Source of the DNA: Octopus sinensis
Taxonomy: Eukaryota
Assembly: GCF_006345805.1 (NCBI RefSeq)
Contig: NC_043020.1
Coordinates: 14,384,001 to 14,448,000, forward strand
Length of the DNA: 64,000 bases
Direction: 5' to 3'
Shown: positions 1 through 13,563 of the stretch, piece by piece
Layout of the letters: each line of letters opens with the position of its first letter
How positions within the stretch are numbered: position 1 is the stretch's first letter
The notes under the pieces: model-generated
What the model saw: the letters and a program-made list of their open reading frames with translations, nothing else
Told to the model about the DNA's origin: nothing
Databases searched by the model: none
Translations under genes and position numbers: made by a program

Positions 1-903
1 CCCAGTGGTTAGGGCAGCGGACTCGTGGTCGTAGGATCACGGTTCCGATTCCCAGACCGGGCGTTGTGTGTGTTTATTGAGCGAAAACACCTAAAAAAGC
101 TCCACGACGCTCCAGCAGGGGGTGATGATCCCTGCTGTACTCTTTCACCACTCTTTCTCTCACTCTTTCGTCTGTTGGCCTGCTCGCTTAGCCAGTGGGG
201 TGGCGTCATTCGAAGGCTAAAACAATGCAAACGCATTGTGACCAGCGATGTGTAACAACATCTGATGGTCTGGTCGGTCACGTGATCACGTGATATATAT
301 ATATATATATAATATACACATAAGTACATACATTCATACATACACACACACACACACATACATACATACATATATGTGTGTGTGTGTTGTAAGATATTAT
401 AATCACCAGTTTGTAACATAAAAAGCATATGCTTGTATTGTATGCATGTGTGTGTGTGCGTGTGAATGTGTTGTACATATGTATGTGTATGCCTGTATAT
501 AATGTGGTGTATGAATTTTTTAATTCTACATTGACGTTAAACAAAACCAATAATAATGATTTTGATAATTGTGCAAGAGATGTCCACTTGTGACATAAAC
601 ATGTCGTTAACTCTACAATACCACGTTAGTGCTGACCAAACTTAATTTCCACGGTGGATATATCCATGATCAGATTTTTAAAAAATCTGGAGAAGAGGAG
701 AAAAGAAATTATGTTTATTGGCAAAAAAATAGAACAAGAATTGAACAAGTCATGGCTTACAATTTTAATTAAATCGAATTGGAATCAATGCTCATAAATT
801 TATAGATTTATCAAATTAAGAAATTACATTTTTTATGCATTTAACTAACCCCAAATCTTTTTAAAGATTGCTCCCAATGTCAAAGTTTTAGCTGTAAACT
901 GGG

Positions 904-935
<32 letters not shown>

Positions 936-1094
936 TAATATATGTGGGAGAGGATAGGGTTAACCCCATTAGTTTTCTTTTTTTTTTGTTTTTTTTGTTT
1001 TACTTGTTTCGGTCTTTAGACTACCGCCATTCTGGGGCACTACCTTGAAGAACATCTAGCCCAGTGAAGTGACCCCAGTAGTTTTATATTTTAT

Positions 1095-1312
1095 GGCGGC
1101 GAGCTGGCAGAAACGTTAGCACGCCGGGTGAAATGCGTAGCCGTATTTCGTCTGCCGCAACATTCTAAGTTCAAATTCCGCCGAGGTCGACTTTGCCTTT
1201 CATCCTTTCGGGGTCGATAAATTAAGTACCAGTTACGCACTGGGGTCGATGTAATCGACTTAATCCATTTGTCTGTTTTTGTTTAGCCCCTTGTGGGTAG
1301 TAAAGAAATAAG
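1095..1312 (+). mobile_element. SINE family B (GGCGGCGAGCTGGCAGAA...; copies 7528-7760, tandem 21695-22077, 37397-37618, 37986-38190, 55303-55535, many decayed fragments)
   Basis: Shared ~220-bp body with GAGTTCAAATTCC B-box-like motif and ...GCCCCTTGTGGGYARTAAAGAAATA tail. Confidence 0.78.
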
Positions 1313-1662
1313 TAGTTTTATATTTTTTAAGTCTGATACTTATTTCATTGGTCTCTTTTGCTGAACCACTCAGTAGTTATGGAAAAATAAACAGACCAAC
1401 ATCAGTTGTCAAGTGGTGGGGGACAAACACACACACACATGCACACACATGACAGGCTTCTTACAGTTTCCGTCTACCAAGTCTACTCACATGGCTTTGG
1501 TCGGCCTGAAGCTATGGTAGAAGAAGACACTTGCTCAAGGTGCCATGCAGTGGGACTGACCCGTGAACCATGCATTTGGGAAGCAAGCTTCTTACCTCAC
1601 AGTACACTTATAATTAATCAATCATCTTTATATATTAGTAATGTGTATGCAACATTAATTTT

Positions 1663-1935
1663 GGAGGCACATGGCCTAGTGGTTAGAGCAGCGGACTCGC
1701 GGTTGAGGGATCGCAGGTTCGAATCTCAGACCAGGCGATGTGTGTGTTTATGAGCGGAAGGTAATGGCGAACTTCTGCTGACTCTTTTGCCACAACTTTC
1801 TCTCTCTCTTTCCTCCTGCATCTTGCAGTTCGCCTGTGACGGACCGGCATCCCGTCCAGGTGGGGAACCTATACGCCAAGGAAACCGGGAAACCGGCCCT
1901 TATGAGCCAGGCATGGCTCGAGAAGGAACAAACAA
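1663..1935 (+). mobile_element. tRNA-headed SINE family D (copy 44818-45115 -; related variants 1-290 + and about 43893-44090 -)
   Basis: A-box TGGCCTAGTGG and B-box GGTTCGAATC in a tRNA-like head followed by a conserved non-tRNA body. Confidence 0.75.
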
Positions 1936-2005
1936 ATGCAACAACATTAATAGGTCAGAAATATATGAATTATATGCACATTCACACACATTTAGTCTCA
2001 TACAT

Positions 2006-2039
<34 letters not shown>

Positions 2040-2515
2040 TGCCTATGTGTATGATAACAATGTTAAATTGTTAATGTACATGTGTGTATAGATACATGCA
2101 TACATACTTGATTAAGTACAGCATAATATTTAGGGGTTTGTTAAATTTGTATTCCACAGAAAGAAAAGCAACCTGATTTAGGAAAGCTGTTTCTTCATCT
2201 GATGGGAGTTAAGGGGGTACTGCAAATATATAAAGGCTCAAGAATGTTAGGGGATACACCAGGGGAAAGTGGGGGAGATTGTATATGTTGAATAATAAGT
2301 TTTTAGCAAAAATAGGATGAGGCAAAGGTGGTTATGGGCAAAAGAGAAATTGGTTTTGTGTACACACATACACACACACACACACACAACATAGCACAAA
2401 CATTAACGAGAGAGAATTTTTTTTTACTATGTCGATCTCTCATGTCATTTCCTCTAACTTTAACCAGAACATGCATACAGATATACATATATGTAAGTGT
2501 GTGTATCTGTATGTT

Positions 2516-2566
<51 letters not shown>

Positions 2567-2811
2567 ATACATACATGCATACATATATACACATGTGTGT
2601 ATGTATCTATGTATTCAAGTATATATGTATTTGTATGTGTGTGAGTGAGTGAGTGTATATGAATTTGTATATAAGAGTGAGAGTGAATGTTTGTGTGCCC
2701 AAGTATTGATCCCTACAAATATATTTGCCCCTTTTTTTCACTGAATACCACTTATCCTCTACCATGACCAACATGTGTTGCTTAAGCACTTCCCGTGTTT
2801 ACCAACAATTC

Positions 2812-2860
<49 letters not shown>

Positions 2861-3427
2861 CACACACAAACATACACGTGTGTATGTATATATACACACA
2901 CACACAAACACACATGCGTGTGTATGTATGTATGCACGCATACATACACACACATATATATATACAAATGAAACACAAACATATTGTATTATTTGTTATG
3001 CTTTCAACACCGTTATGTGAACCATGTCTGCAAAATGGCCAATTATGATCACATGAGGTGGGAAGTTTGTGATATAATTATATCAGTTTTATACTGCTGT
3101 TGTTGCTGAATATTTTGATGATGACGATGATACGACAAAGTAAGTATATTATGGGTTGTAGAGTCTCTCAGAATCTCAGAATGGACACTGTTTTAGGGCT
3201 TGATTGAATCCACGTAGTCAATGTTTTCTACAACGTTTGAACAGATCAATAATATTCAATCACTTTTTTCAAACTCCACATTATCATGAGATTAATTTTT
3301 TTTAATCTATTCGTTCAATACTTATAGTATCGGTACCATGCCAAACATCCCTTCTCTTCAGACCATACTGGAGCAAATTGTGAAGAAAGACATTGTAAAG
3401 TGAATATCAATAATAATAATAAAACTA

Positions 3428-3479
<52 letters not shown>

Positions 3480-3492
3480 TAATAATAATAAT
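3428..3492. repeat. (TAA)n microsatellite, representative of dozens of (TA)n, (CA)n, (TAA)n, (TAC)n and (GAT)n tracts in the window
   Basis: Read directly. Others include (TAC)n 903-935, (GAT)n 3712-3748, (TTA)n 6606-6675 and (CTA)n 55713-55752. Confidence 0.95.
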
Positions 3493-3711
3493 GGTTTCAA
3501 ATTTTGGCATAAGGCCATCAGTTTCAGGGAAAGAGATTAAGTCAATTACATCAAACCCCTATGCTCAACTGGTACTTATTTTATCGACCCCGAAAAGATG
3601 AAAGTCCAAATCAACCTTGGCAGAATTTGAACTCAGAACATAAAGACAGATGAAATGCCACTAAACATATCACCCAGTGTGCTAAGGATTCTGTCAGCTT
3701 GCTGTCCTGTA

Positions 3712-3749
<38 letters not shown>

Positions 3750-4841
3750 GATGGCTTTTGGTTTAGGCCAGGAATTCTAAGGAGAGGGGAAGATTAGTTG
3801 TTACCATCCCTCGCCCACCCACAAATCCCTATAACTTTACTGGTTCCCTTTTTTTTTTTTGTTGATATATTTTTTATCTTTTACTCGATTGTATTATTAG
3901 ACTATACCCAGACTGGGGGCACCATCTTGAAAAAAAAATTTTCTAAAAGCCTGATACTTATTTTATCGGTCTCTTTTGTCAAACTGTTAAGTTACGGGGA
4001 TGTAAACGCACCAACACCAGTTGTCAAATGGTGGTAGGGAACAAACACACACATACACACACATATATGATGGGCTTCTTTCAGTTTCCATTTACCAAAT
4101 TCACTCAATGGCTTTGGTCGGCCCAAGGCTATAGTAGAAGACACTTGCTCAACATTCCATGCTGTGGTACTGAACCCAGGACCATGTAGCTGGGAAGGAA
4201 GTTTCTTACCACACAGTCATGCCTGCACCTGATTCTGAAGGAATAAAAAGCAAAGAGCTAATGGTTTCTAACAAAGACACAAGGTCAGATAGTGTAGTGA
4301 TGGTGCGGGGATGGGGGGGGGGACTATTCATTCTTACCAGCTGCCAGTAATTGTCTGCTACTTAATTATATCAACCATTAATGAAATATATCTATATTGG
4401 CTTAAGCAGGTTTTCACTTGAAATGGAAACTCAGCACTTTGATAATTAATTAATTAATTAATTCCATGTCTCCCATGTTTTGGGTTTCAGATCCAATGAA
4501 ACTCAAGTTGGTTTTTCATATTTCTGCAGGTTGATCTAATCAGTTGTTACCTCCACAGAATGTCTGGTTTTCTGCTTAGGTTATGTCATTATTAAGATCC
4601 ATTTTACCATTTATCCATTTTACCATTTTGCTTTGTTCTTTCTGTAATCAATGAAGTAGCAATCATGTATTAGGATCAATTTAACTCTACTTATCATCCC
4701 AAAATTGTTGGTATTGCATCTGTTAGAAATCACGTGTATGGTGCCAGGCAAAAAGGTTTGCAATATTGAGTTCCATGTCTTGGCATTAGTGAGACAAACC
4801 ACACCAAATTTGTTTTTGCATTTTCATTGTTCCAGAATTAA

Positions 4842-5052
4842 CCCTTTCGTTACTGTATTTATTTTGAGATGCTCTGTGTTTCTTTCAATTATTTTAAATA
4901 TAATAAAGAATTTAGTAAAATAAATTTGTAATCATTAAGCTAGTGTTAAGAACATAAATTGCAACTAAGGTTTGATGGAAGATTTTAATGAAAAACTTAT
5001 AAAAACAAGACATTAATACTACAGAGCCAGAGCCGGGTTGGTAACGAAAGGT
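4842..5052. mobile_element. Second TTAA-type MITE family
   Basis: TTAA|CCCTTTCGTTAC ... GTAACGAAAGGT|TTAA termini. Confidence 0.6.
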
Positions 5053-5689
5053 TTAATAAAATAGAACTGGTGAATTTCTGGAATCAGTTCCTTGGATTAC
5101 TTCACCATTCCTCAAAATGTGTGGCTTTGTGGCTTGAATCATAATTCAGCTAAATGGAAGAGTTTAAGGTTTTGGCTAAGGTGTTTTAAAGAAATTAGTG
5201 CCTGTTGTTGGTTGTGTGGTTAGGGCCATCAAGAAATGCATAATTCCCAACAGATCTAACCATGACAATTATTTTATGTGATATATATATATATCACCCT
5301 TTTAATGTCCACTTTTCCATGCCTGCATGGATTGGACAGAATTGTTTCAAATCACATGATCAGTGTATCATCCTGTCTCTTTGTTCTTGTATATTCTGTG
5401 GCTCTTGTACCATTCCTGAGGAAGCCAGAGTTCTTTAAGGCCATATTGGTGCATCCAAAGGTCAACATCATCATATTGTTGGACAATACTGAAATCTATG
5501 TGATAACAGGAGCATGAATTAGCCAGGTCATGTTGGTGGGTTTAAATCTCAGCACCTCCAAATATCTCTTGTCACATGTAAAACAGATCATGCTATCAGT
5601 CAAATCTATTGTGAGGATCACCTTTTGGGGTCTTTTGTGTGTGTGTGTGTGTGTTTTGTTTCGTTTTTCGTTTTTTTTTTGTTTTTTTT

Positions 5690-6190
5690 GTTGGCAAGTG
5701 CAGGAAATTTTCTTGTTTTATGGCCATGGTGAAAGTGATTGTATGGTGGTCCAAATTGAAAGGAGTGAAGTCAGGTACTTTCTCTGTCAACCAAACCCTC
5801 ATCAACTTCATTGAGTATCACTTGGAGAAGAAAATGAGGTTGGAGGGAGAAGTGTTTCCCTTCAGTAAATTGGCTAAAATGTGGGTGAAATTGGTGAGAA
5901 TGGTCTGCATAAATAGACCAGCTCTCTTAACAGGTGCCCATAAGCCAAAGAAAAATAGCTGAGAGGACAAGGATTAAATGACTAACCTTGGGTAGGTAAG
6001 TAAGTGCCCATGATATTCCGGTAACCCTGGTTCAGTGGAGAGCCTTCATTGACCTGAGGTGGGCATCTCATTCTGTACCTTTTATATATTCTTGTTTTCC
6101 AAGCCTGTTGGGGTTTTTTTTTCCTTCAGCGCAAAATTTACTATTTGTAATTTAACGTCCCTTCATTCATTGCCCTTGTGGTAAATAAAA
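5690..6190 (+). mobile_element. Degenerate L1/Tx1-like LINE 3' end
   Basis: ORF tail MAMVKVIVWWSKLKG...LINFIEYHLEKKMRLE...WVKLVRM followed by UTR-like sequence and AATAAA. Family assignment is from recall only. Confidence 0.4.
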
Positions 6191-6605
6191 GAAACTGTTA
6201 CTGTTGTTGTTGTTGTTGTTGCTGTTATCTTTTATCTTTTACTTGTTTCAGTCATTTGACTGCGGCCATGCTGGGGCATCATCTTGAGTTTTAGTCAAAC
6301 AAATCAACCCCAGGACTTACATTTTTTAAGCCCGGTCTATCAGTCTCTTTCGCCAAACTGCTAAGTTACACTGTCATAAATACACCAACACTAGTTGTCA
6401 AGCAGAGGGCAGGGAGCAAACACAGACACACACACACACACACATATACAACAGGCTTCTTTCAGTTTCCATCTGCTAAATTCACTCACAAGGCTTTGGT
6501 CAGCCTGATGCTATAGTAGAAAATACTTGTCCAAACTATTATGCAGTGGGGTTAAACCTGAGAGCATGTGGTTGGGAAGCAAGCTTCTTATCACACAGTC
6601 ATGCC

Positions 6606-6659
<54 letters not shown>

Positions 6660-8406
6660 CATTATTATTATTATTAGGGCTATAAGCAGGCAGAATTGTT
6701 AGCACATTGGGCAAAATGCTTAGTGACATTTCATCCATCTTTACATTCTGAGTTCAAATTCTGCCAAGGTCAACTTTCATCCTTTCTGGGTCAATAAAAT
6801 AAGTACCATTAGAGCACTGAGGTTCATGTAATTGACTTAGCCCCGCCCACGAAATTGCTGGCCTTGTGCCAAAATTTGAAACCATTATTGTTGTTGTTGG
6901 TATTGTTATTATTATTATTCTTTTTAACTCTGGTTATCATGGAACTCCTGGAGTCTTGCATGCATAGCGAACTTGCTGATTGCAACTTACGATACCATGC
7001 TATATGTTCCTTTCAATTCTCTAATACTTTCCTGATTATTCTGGCCGTGCCAAGGAGGCAAACCTTTTGTAACAGTTCTACTGGGCACTCTATTCCAATT
7101 TCTTTAATATTCCCCCTTGATGCCTTCAAATACTGTCCCCAACGATCCAACAGTAATTAGCACTATCTTTACTTTTTTCATTTTCCATAGCCGGGGTATT
7201 ATTATTATTGTTGTTGTTGTTGTTGTTTTTGTAGTTGTTAAGGCAATGATTTTTACATATTGAGTTCAAATTGGTCCAAGATCGATTTTGTTTTCCGTCC
7301 TTTTGGGGTCAATAAAATAAAGTATCAGTCAATTATTGGAGTCAATGCTATCAACTACTGCTCTCCCCCAAATTTCAATCCATTTACCCATTCTAGAAAA
7401 ACATTATTTCTTTTGATTATGTCCAATTTTTGAAGGGACAGGCTCTGATTAATAAAATACTCTTCAACATGTTTGCTTGTTGATTCAAATAGTGAAAGCC
7501 TGGACCAATGTTGACAGATGGGCATAGGGCGGCGAGCTGGCAGAAACGTTAGCACGCCGGGCGAAATGCATAGCCAGATTTCGTCTGCTGTTAAGTGTTC
7601 TGGATTCAAATTCCACCGAGGTCGACTTTGCCTTTCATCCTCTCGGGGTCGATAAATTAAGTACCAGTTACGCACCGGGGTCGATGTAATCGACTTAATC
7701 CCTTTGTCTGTCCTTGTTTGTCCCCTCTATGTTTAGCCCCTTGTGGGTAGTAAAGAAATATATATTAGATTGATGAATGGTTCCCTGTACAAACTGAATA
7801 ACAAATGGTTTTCCTGAAGAAAATTAAGTTTGTATAATGAGATGAAATTTGATCAACAAGCAACATGCAGACTATGCATATTTATAATTTACATGGAGAC
7901 CATTTCCTTAGTGAGATGAAATCTGAACAGCAAAACCTGAATAAACTGTGCACATGTTGAACCCTTTAGTGTTTAAACCAGCCATATCCAGCCAAAATAT
8001 TCTACCTATTTTATGTTCAAACTAGTCAGATATGGTCATTCATAGCTATCTTATTGTGTCATTTTAAAAATAAACTATCACATCATTGAAATCTCAAAGC
8101 CATGAAATGATGCAAGATTAATTTGACATGGTGTGAATACATAAGCTTTACATTTGACAGAATAATCTGAATGCTAAAGGGTTAAGTGCTGGGAAAGTGT
8201 ACAAATGATCCATTCAAGTTCATCTATGCATTTCATGTAGCTTGCAAATTTTCATTTTATATAAAGAAAAAATGCTATTTCACATATGTTTTGCTGAAAA
8301 TGTAGCCATTGATGAACAAATGCAAGACAAAGGGAAATATACAGTGCATATATACACCCACACACACATATATTAATATGTCTACATACACATATGTATA
8401 TATATA

Positions 8407-8441
<35 letters not shown>

Positions 8442-9165
8442 ACACACATACACAATATATTGATAGATATATATGTATATACTTATATATACACACATAT
8501 ACAGTTAGATAGATATGTATATATACACACATCTATATATGTATACATATATATATGTATACATGTATGTATATATATATATGTGTATATTTATATATAT
8601 ATATATGATCAGATTGTAGCCTGGTGCAGCCTCCTGGCTTCCCAAACCCCAGTCGAACTGTTCAACCCATGCCAGCATGGAAAACAGATGTTAAACGATG
8701 ATGATGATATGCACATGTATATATATATATATGTGTGTATATATATATATAAAGTACAAAGTGAGATAGGGGTTATGAGTGTAACCCACTATGGGATATC
8801 ATTTATCCAATATACTGCCAGTAAAGTGCCCAAAAGGCTAATACATAAATGCTTACATTTGCAATGCAATTAATTCATTTATTGTATTATATGGGCGAAG
8901 GTAAAATGTTTTACCTCAAATTCATAATACAAAATAAGAAAATGGAGGAATAGATTTCTTTCAATCATCAACTTCCAGATAATACCAAATCATTTTTTAT
9001 GGTATTATCTTACTTATTGATGTATATTGTTTTATTCTGTCTTATTCTGTTGGATTTGGATGTTCCTATTTAATCTAAATAATTAGTTAATAAATTATAT
9101 GAATTGGTATTATTTGGAAGTTGATGATTGAAAGAAATCTATTCCTCCATTTTTCTTATTTTGTA

Positions 9166-9203
<38 letters not shown>

Positions 9204-9815
9204 GGGTATAGGAGGTGTTGGTATCTAAAAGACCCAAAGAGTGGCAGGTAATGCTAAGTAAGTGCTATAGACAGACTGTAGTTAAACTCTTGATTCGATA
9301 GTGATATGAGTGAGGAGTCTAATGTGGGTCTTGTATTAGCATGCATATATACATTAGACAAAATGAGATAACAAAACCAAGGCTGTGAGTTGTTTTCATG
9401 ACATTTATAAGGAAAAATATATAGACATAGTCTTACAGCTGTTTCTGGGATATTATGGATGTCCCTTCATCAGAGCTGATGTGAGCTGGTTAAATAGAGG
9501 TAAAAATTTAAGTTCAAATATTGTTGTAAGATTATATATCTTTTTCCTTATAAATGTCCTGAAAACTACTCACAGCCGTGGCTTTATCTCAATTTGTGTA
9601 ATATATATATATATATAACGGATATATATATATATAGGTGAGAAAGTTGGTGTGTGAAAGCACGTGGTTGAATATATAGAAAATAGTAAAAAGTGAAAAA
9701 ACTACAGAAGGCTTGTTTTAAAAGGTTAAAAAATATATATATATTTGAGTCGACTCAAATATATATTTTTTTTAACCTTTTAAAACAAGCCTTCTGTAGT
9801 TTTTTCACTTTTTAC

Positions 9816-9869
<54 letters not shown>

Positions 9870-10848
9870 GTTTATTTGTTATTGATGAATAAGCAAAAAA
9901 AGAAGCATTATTTCATGCCTTTCTAAGGTATCTGGATGTGGCTTGAAATGGATCTCCCCTATTTATATGTAATTTTAATTACTCATATAATGAATCATGT
10001 GGTTAACGAATAGGGCTCCAGAAGGCATTATGTTTGTATATAAAGATCTGACTTTATATGAAAGGAAAGAACATATCATTTCTCACATAAAGCAAATTTG
10101 TTCATCCTGTTTGTATAACTGGTACTTATTTTAACGACTGACAATGGATCCAATATATATTCAATTCTTTTTTATGAAGAATAATTCTAATTTGAAGTTT
10201 AAAAAATTTCTTTATTATACTATTATTCTTTTATGGTAAAAGAAAGATACAGTTGCTGTTATTACTACTACTACTACTTAATAGAAATCACACTTTTTTC
10301 CTTTTTTTTTATCTTATAAAATGTTATTCGTTTTATACACGTTCCCGAAAATGAAGAAACTGGTTACATTAAAGTGAAATGTTTAAATGTTCTTTGTTCG
10401 ATTTTTGTTTCCAAATATATTAGTTTATGTTCTGGTACCAGTTCCGTATCTTCAGTGTCCATTCTGCAGATGACAACCCACTAGTAAGGAAATTCTTGTG
10501 AGTCTGTTTTATGGTTGATACTGTGCCTAATGGGTGATGTGTTCTAAGAAAAAGGTGGACCATAATTTGCTTATTGTTGCCCAACAATCCAAACATGAGG
10601 CAGTTGTATAATAAATTTAATAAACCCAAAATACAAATTTTCAAACTGTTTTGATGTTTTCATTGTTCTCTTTGCATCTCTTTTATGATGATTATTTTTA
10701 TTTTTCTATTAGTCCAAGGAGAAAGGAACATGAGATGCAGGACTCTTGTAATCTTTTCCTTTCTAGATTGTTCAGATCAATATGATTGATTATCTGTTTT
10801 AATCTTTGGAGATTAACCCTTTGAGCATTTAAAGTGGCCATATCCATA

Positions 10849-11236
10849 GGCGCAGGAGTGGCTGTGTGGTAAGTAGCTTGTTTACCAACCACATGGTTCC
10901 GGGTTCAGTCCCACTGCGTGGCACCTTGGGTAAAGTGTCTTCTACTATAGCCTCAGGCCGATCAAAGCCTTGTGAGTGGATTTGGTAGACAGAAACTGAA
11001 AGAAGCCTGTCGTATATATGTATATATATATGTGTTTGTGTGTCTGTGTTTGTCCTCCCAACATCGCTTGACAAGCGATGCTGGTGTGTTCATGTCCCTG
11101 TAACTTAGCAGTTCGGCAAAAGAGACCGATTGAATAAGTACTAGGCTTACAAAGAATAATCCCGGAGTCGATTTGCTCGGCTAAAGGCGGTGCTCCAGCA
11201 TGGCCGCAGTCAAATGACTGAAACAAGTAAAAGAGT
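10849..11236 (+). mobile_element. tRNA-headed SINE family A (full copy, nested in a TTAA MITE)
   Basis: Head GGCGCAGGAGTGGCTGTGTGGTAAG...GGTTCAGTCCC, central (TA/TG)n, tail ...CAGTCAAATGACTGAAACAAGTAAAAGAGTA. Confidence 0.8.
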
Positions 11237-11664
11237 ATATCCAGTCAAAATAATCAACTTGTTTTATCTTCAAACTGGCCAGGTCCAGCCTCTTACACTT
11301 TACCCCCTGTCATTGAAATCTCAAAGCTACAAGGTAATGAATGACTAATTTTTATTCAAATGAATTATTAAACTTTGCAGTTGACAGCATAATCTGAATG
11401 CTAAAGGGTTAAAGATAACTGCCTATTGATTCAGTCTTACTGTTGATAACTGAATCAACAATTTGTATCTCAGCCATACAATCTATGCAGCATGAAAAAG
11501 TGATTTAACACTTTAGCATTTTAAACTAACCATATCTGGCCAAAATAATCTACCTGTTTTATCTTCAAACTGGCCTAATCTGACCTTTCACACTTACCCT
11601 ACAATAGTGCCAGTAAGGTGACGCTGGTAATGATCACGCTTGAATGGCGCTTTTTACGTGCCAA

Positions 11665-12578
11665 CGGCACAAAACAACTGCCCCTGAAGTTCTTCAGCTT
11701 GGGGAACGGCCAAAAGTCACAGGAAACAAGGCCTGAACTGTAGGGAGAGTGAGAGACAGTCCCAATGCCCATCTCTGTGAAGTAGTTGGTTACCAGGATA
11801 CTCATCACTGAGCACTCTGGAAACAAACTTTGGAGTTGATGTGACAACTGTACACAGAATTATTCATGAAGACCTGAACATACCAGACCGCATACTTATT
11901 TTCATAGACATATGATAGTTTTTCATCTAAAAAATCATGAACTTTCTCAATCAGCTCTGATGCTCTGACATCCTGCTCCTTCCATATCTCTCATTATCTC
12001 TCACCTCTTCTCAGCTACCCTCGAACCTCTTGTGCCAGTGGAAAACATATGCTTGGCTCATGCAAGTTAAACCATAAGCATTCTGGAGCATTTTATAAGT
12101 TCCTGTCATGTTTTTGCCTAGCTTAACAAAACTTTATTGCACTATGAGTAGCCAAACGTCCCAACTGCATTCTGCAAACTAATCAGTTGTGACAAGCAGT
12201 TTTTAGTAAGGTGTGTTTCAAGTGCAGTTGTACTCAACTTCTCTAATTTGGAATGACAAAAGTTGGCCGATCAGCTTATTAGATGTATAATAATGATATG
12301 TTAAAGCAGTGGTTTTCAACCAGGGTTCTGTGGAACCTTAGGGTTCCGCAAGAAGTTACAAAAATGCTAAAATTGACTGTAATTTTTAATTCTCCTGTGC
12401 AGATATGTGTGCATAAGACAATTAAATTATTGCACAGGGGTTCCTCGAGCCAGTGAAATGTTTTCTTGGGGATCCGCTCCAGCAAAAAGATTGAAAAGCA
12501 CTGTGTTAAAGTAATCATAATCTAGGACAGTTAAAACTGCCTCTGCTAAAAGTCTCAAAACTTCTGGAATTCCCCTTG
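11665..12578 (-). mobile_element. Degenerate, internally deleted mariner transposon fossil
   Basis: Minus-strand remnants resembling the mariner HTH region and VTNYFTEMGIGTVSHSPYSSGLVSCDFWPFPKLK (cf. HPPYSPDLAPCDFWLFPKLK); TA + CAAGGGG terminal sequence at 12580-12572. Confidence 0.75.
12307..12503. mobile_element. hAT-type MITE inserted in the mariner fossil
   Basis: TIR CAGTGGTTTTCAA / TTGAAAAGCACTG with perfect 8-bp TSD TGTTAAAG (12299-12306, 12504-12511). Confidence 0.85.
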
Positions 12579-13563
12579 TATGCCCTTCTGCATCAGCCAT
12601 ATGGCCAATAGAATGAAAAAAGCTGAGCAGTTTTGTCAGTGATAAATAGTATAAATAATAACATTTAGCTGAAATATGTATTGTTGGACTTAAAGATATT
12701 GGGTGTTGGCTATTTACAATGAACAACATAAGGATTTTCTGATTAAGAGAGAGGCAGATTGCTCTGAAATTATAGAAAGCTGTGAAAATCAAAATCAAAA
12801 TCGAAGTCGATCAACATCAATGGAAATTGCAGCTGTGATACCAGTGCCGGTGGTACGTAAGAGGACCATCCGAACGTGGCCGTTGCCAGCACCGCTCCGA
12901 CTGGCCTCGTGCTGGTGGCATGTAAAAAGCACCATCCGATCGTGGCCGCTTGCCAGCCTCGTCTGGCACATTTAGCATCCTTAAATGTTAGAGGGTAAAC
13001 AGTCTCTTAGTTTTCATTCTAAGAACATTATATAGACCTATTTATATAAATACACACATTTACGTGCTTGTATACACTGCCAGCCTCGCCTCAGTTGCCA
13101 GCCACGCCTGGCCTCCATGCCGGTGACACGTAAAAAGCACCATCCGATCGTGGCCTTTTGCCAGTCTCGTCTGGCACCTATGCCCGTGGCACGTAAAAAG
13201 CACCCACTACACTCATGGAGTGGTTGGCGTTAGGAAGGGCATCCAGCTGTAGAAACACTGCCAGATCAGACTGGGCCTGGTGCAGCCTTCTGGCTTCCCA
13301 GACCCCAGTTGAACCGTCCAACCCATGCTAGCATGGAAAGCGGACGCTAAACGATGATGATGATGTGTGACAACATGCAGTCAATCCAAAAATATATGAA
13401 GTCAACTGCACAGATCTCCGTGGCAACAGAAGTCCTTGACTGTCTGCCCATGACCATCTCTGTGGAAAGAATGAGGCGCATATCGCTCACCCACTTTCAA
13501 CATTCTGCAGTTAATTGAGCAGCGAAACAGTCTTTTATAAGGTACAAGAACATTCTAGAAAAC

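Noticed and set aside
1663-1740. tRNA-like sequences here and at 1-60, 45040-45115 and 56226-56280
   Set aside because: They have A/B boxes but no complete cloverleaf and continue into repeat bodies, so they are SINE heads, not tRNA genes.
5330-5620. Minus-strand protein-like text (HIDFSIVQQYDDVDLWMHQYG...)
   Set aside because: It has multiple stops. It is possibly a LINE endonuclease remnant, but I cannot assign it with confidence.
278-8873. Many 60-160 aa ORFs rich in Y/I/C/V/H/T (and similar ones at 42143, 50498-50941, 57728)
   Set aside because: They are translations of (TA)n/(CA)n microsatellites and SINEs.
10420-10892. Minus ORFs with a homeodomain-like KIRNWYQN and a coiled-coil-like stretch
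   Set aside because: No helix-1/2 homeodomain residues, stops and frameshifts between segments, no convincing splice sites, and part of it lies in a SINE/MITE.
12427-12798. 123-aa minus ORF containing the protein-like MADAEGHTRGIPEVLRLLAEAVLTVLDYDYF
   Set aside because: It runs through the mariner terminal region and the hAT MITE, has no splice support, and is a chance ORF.
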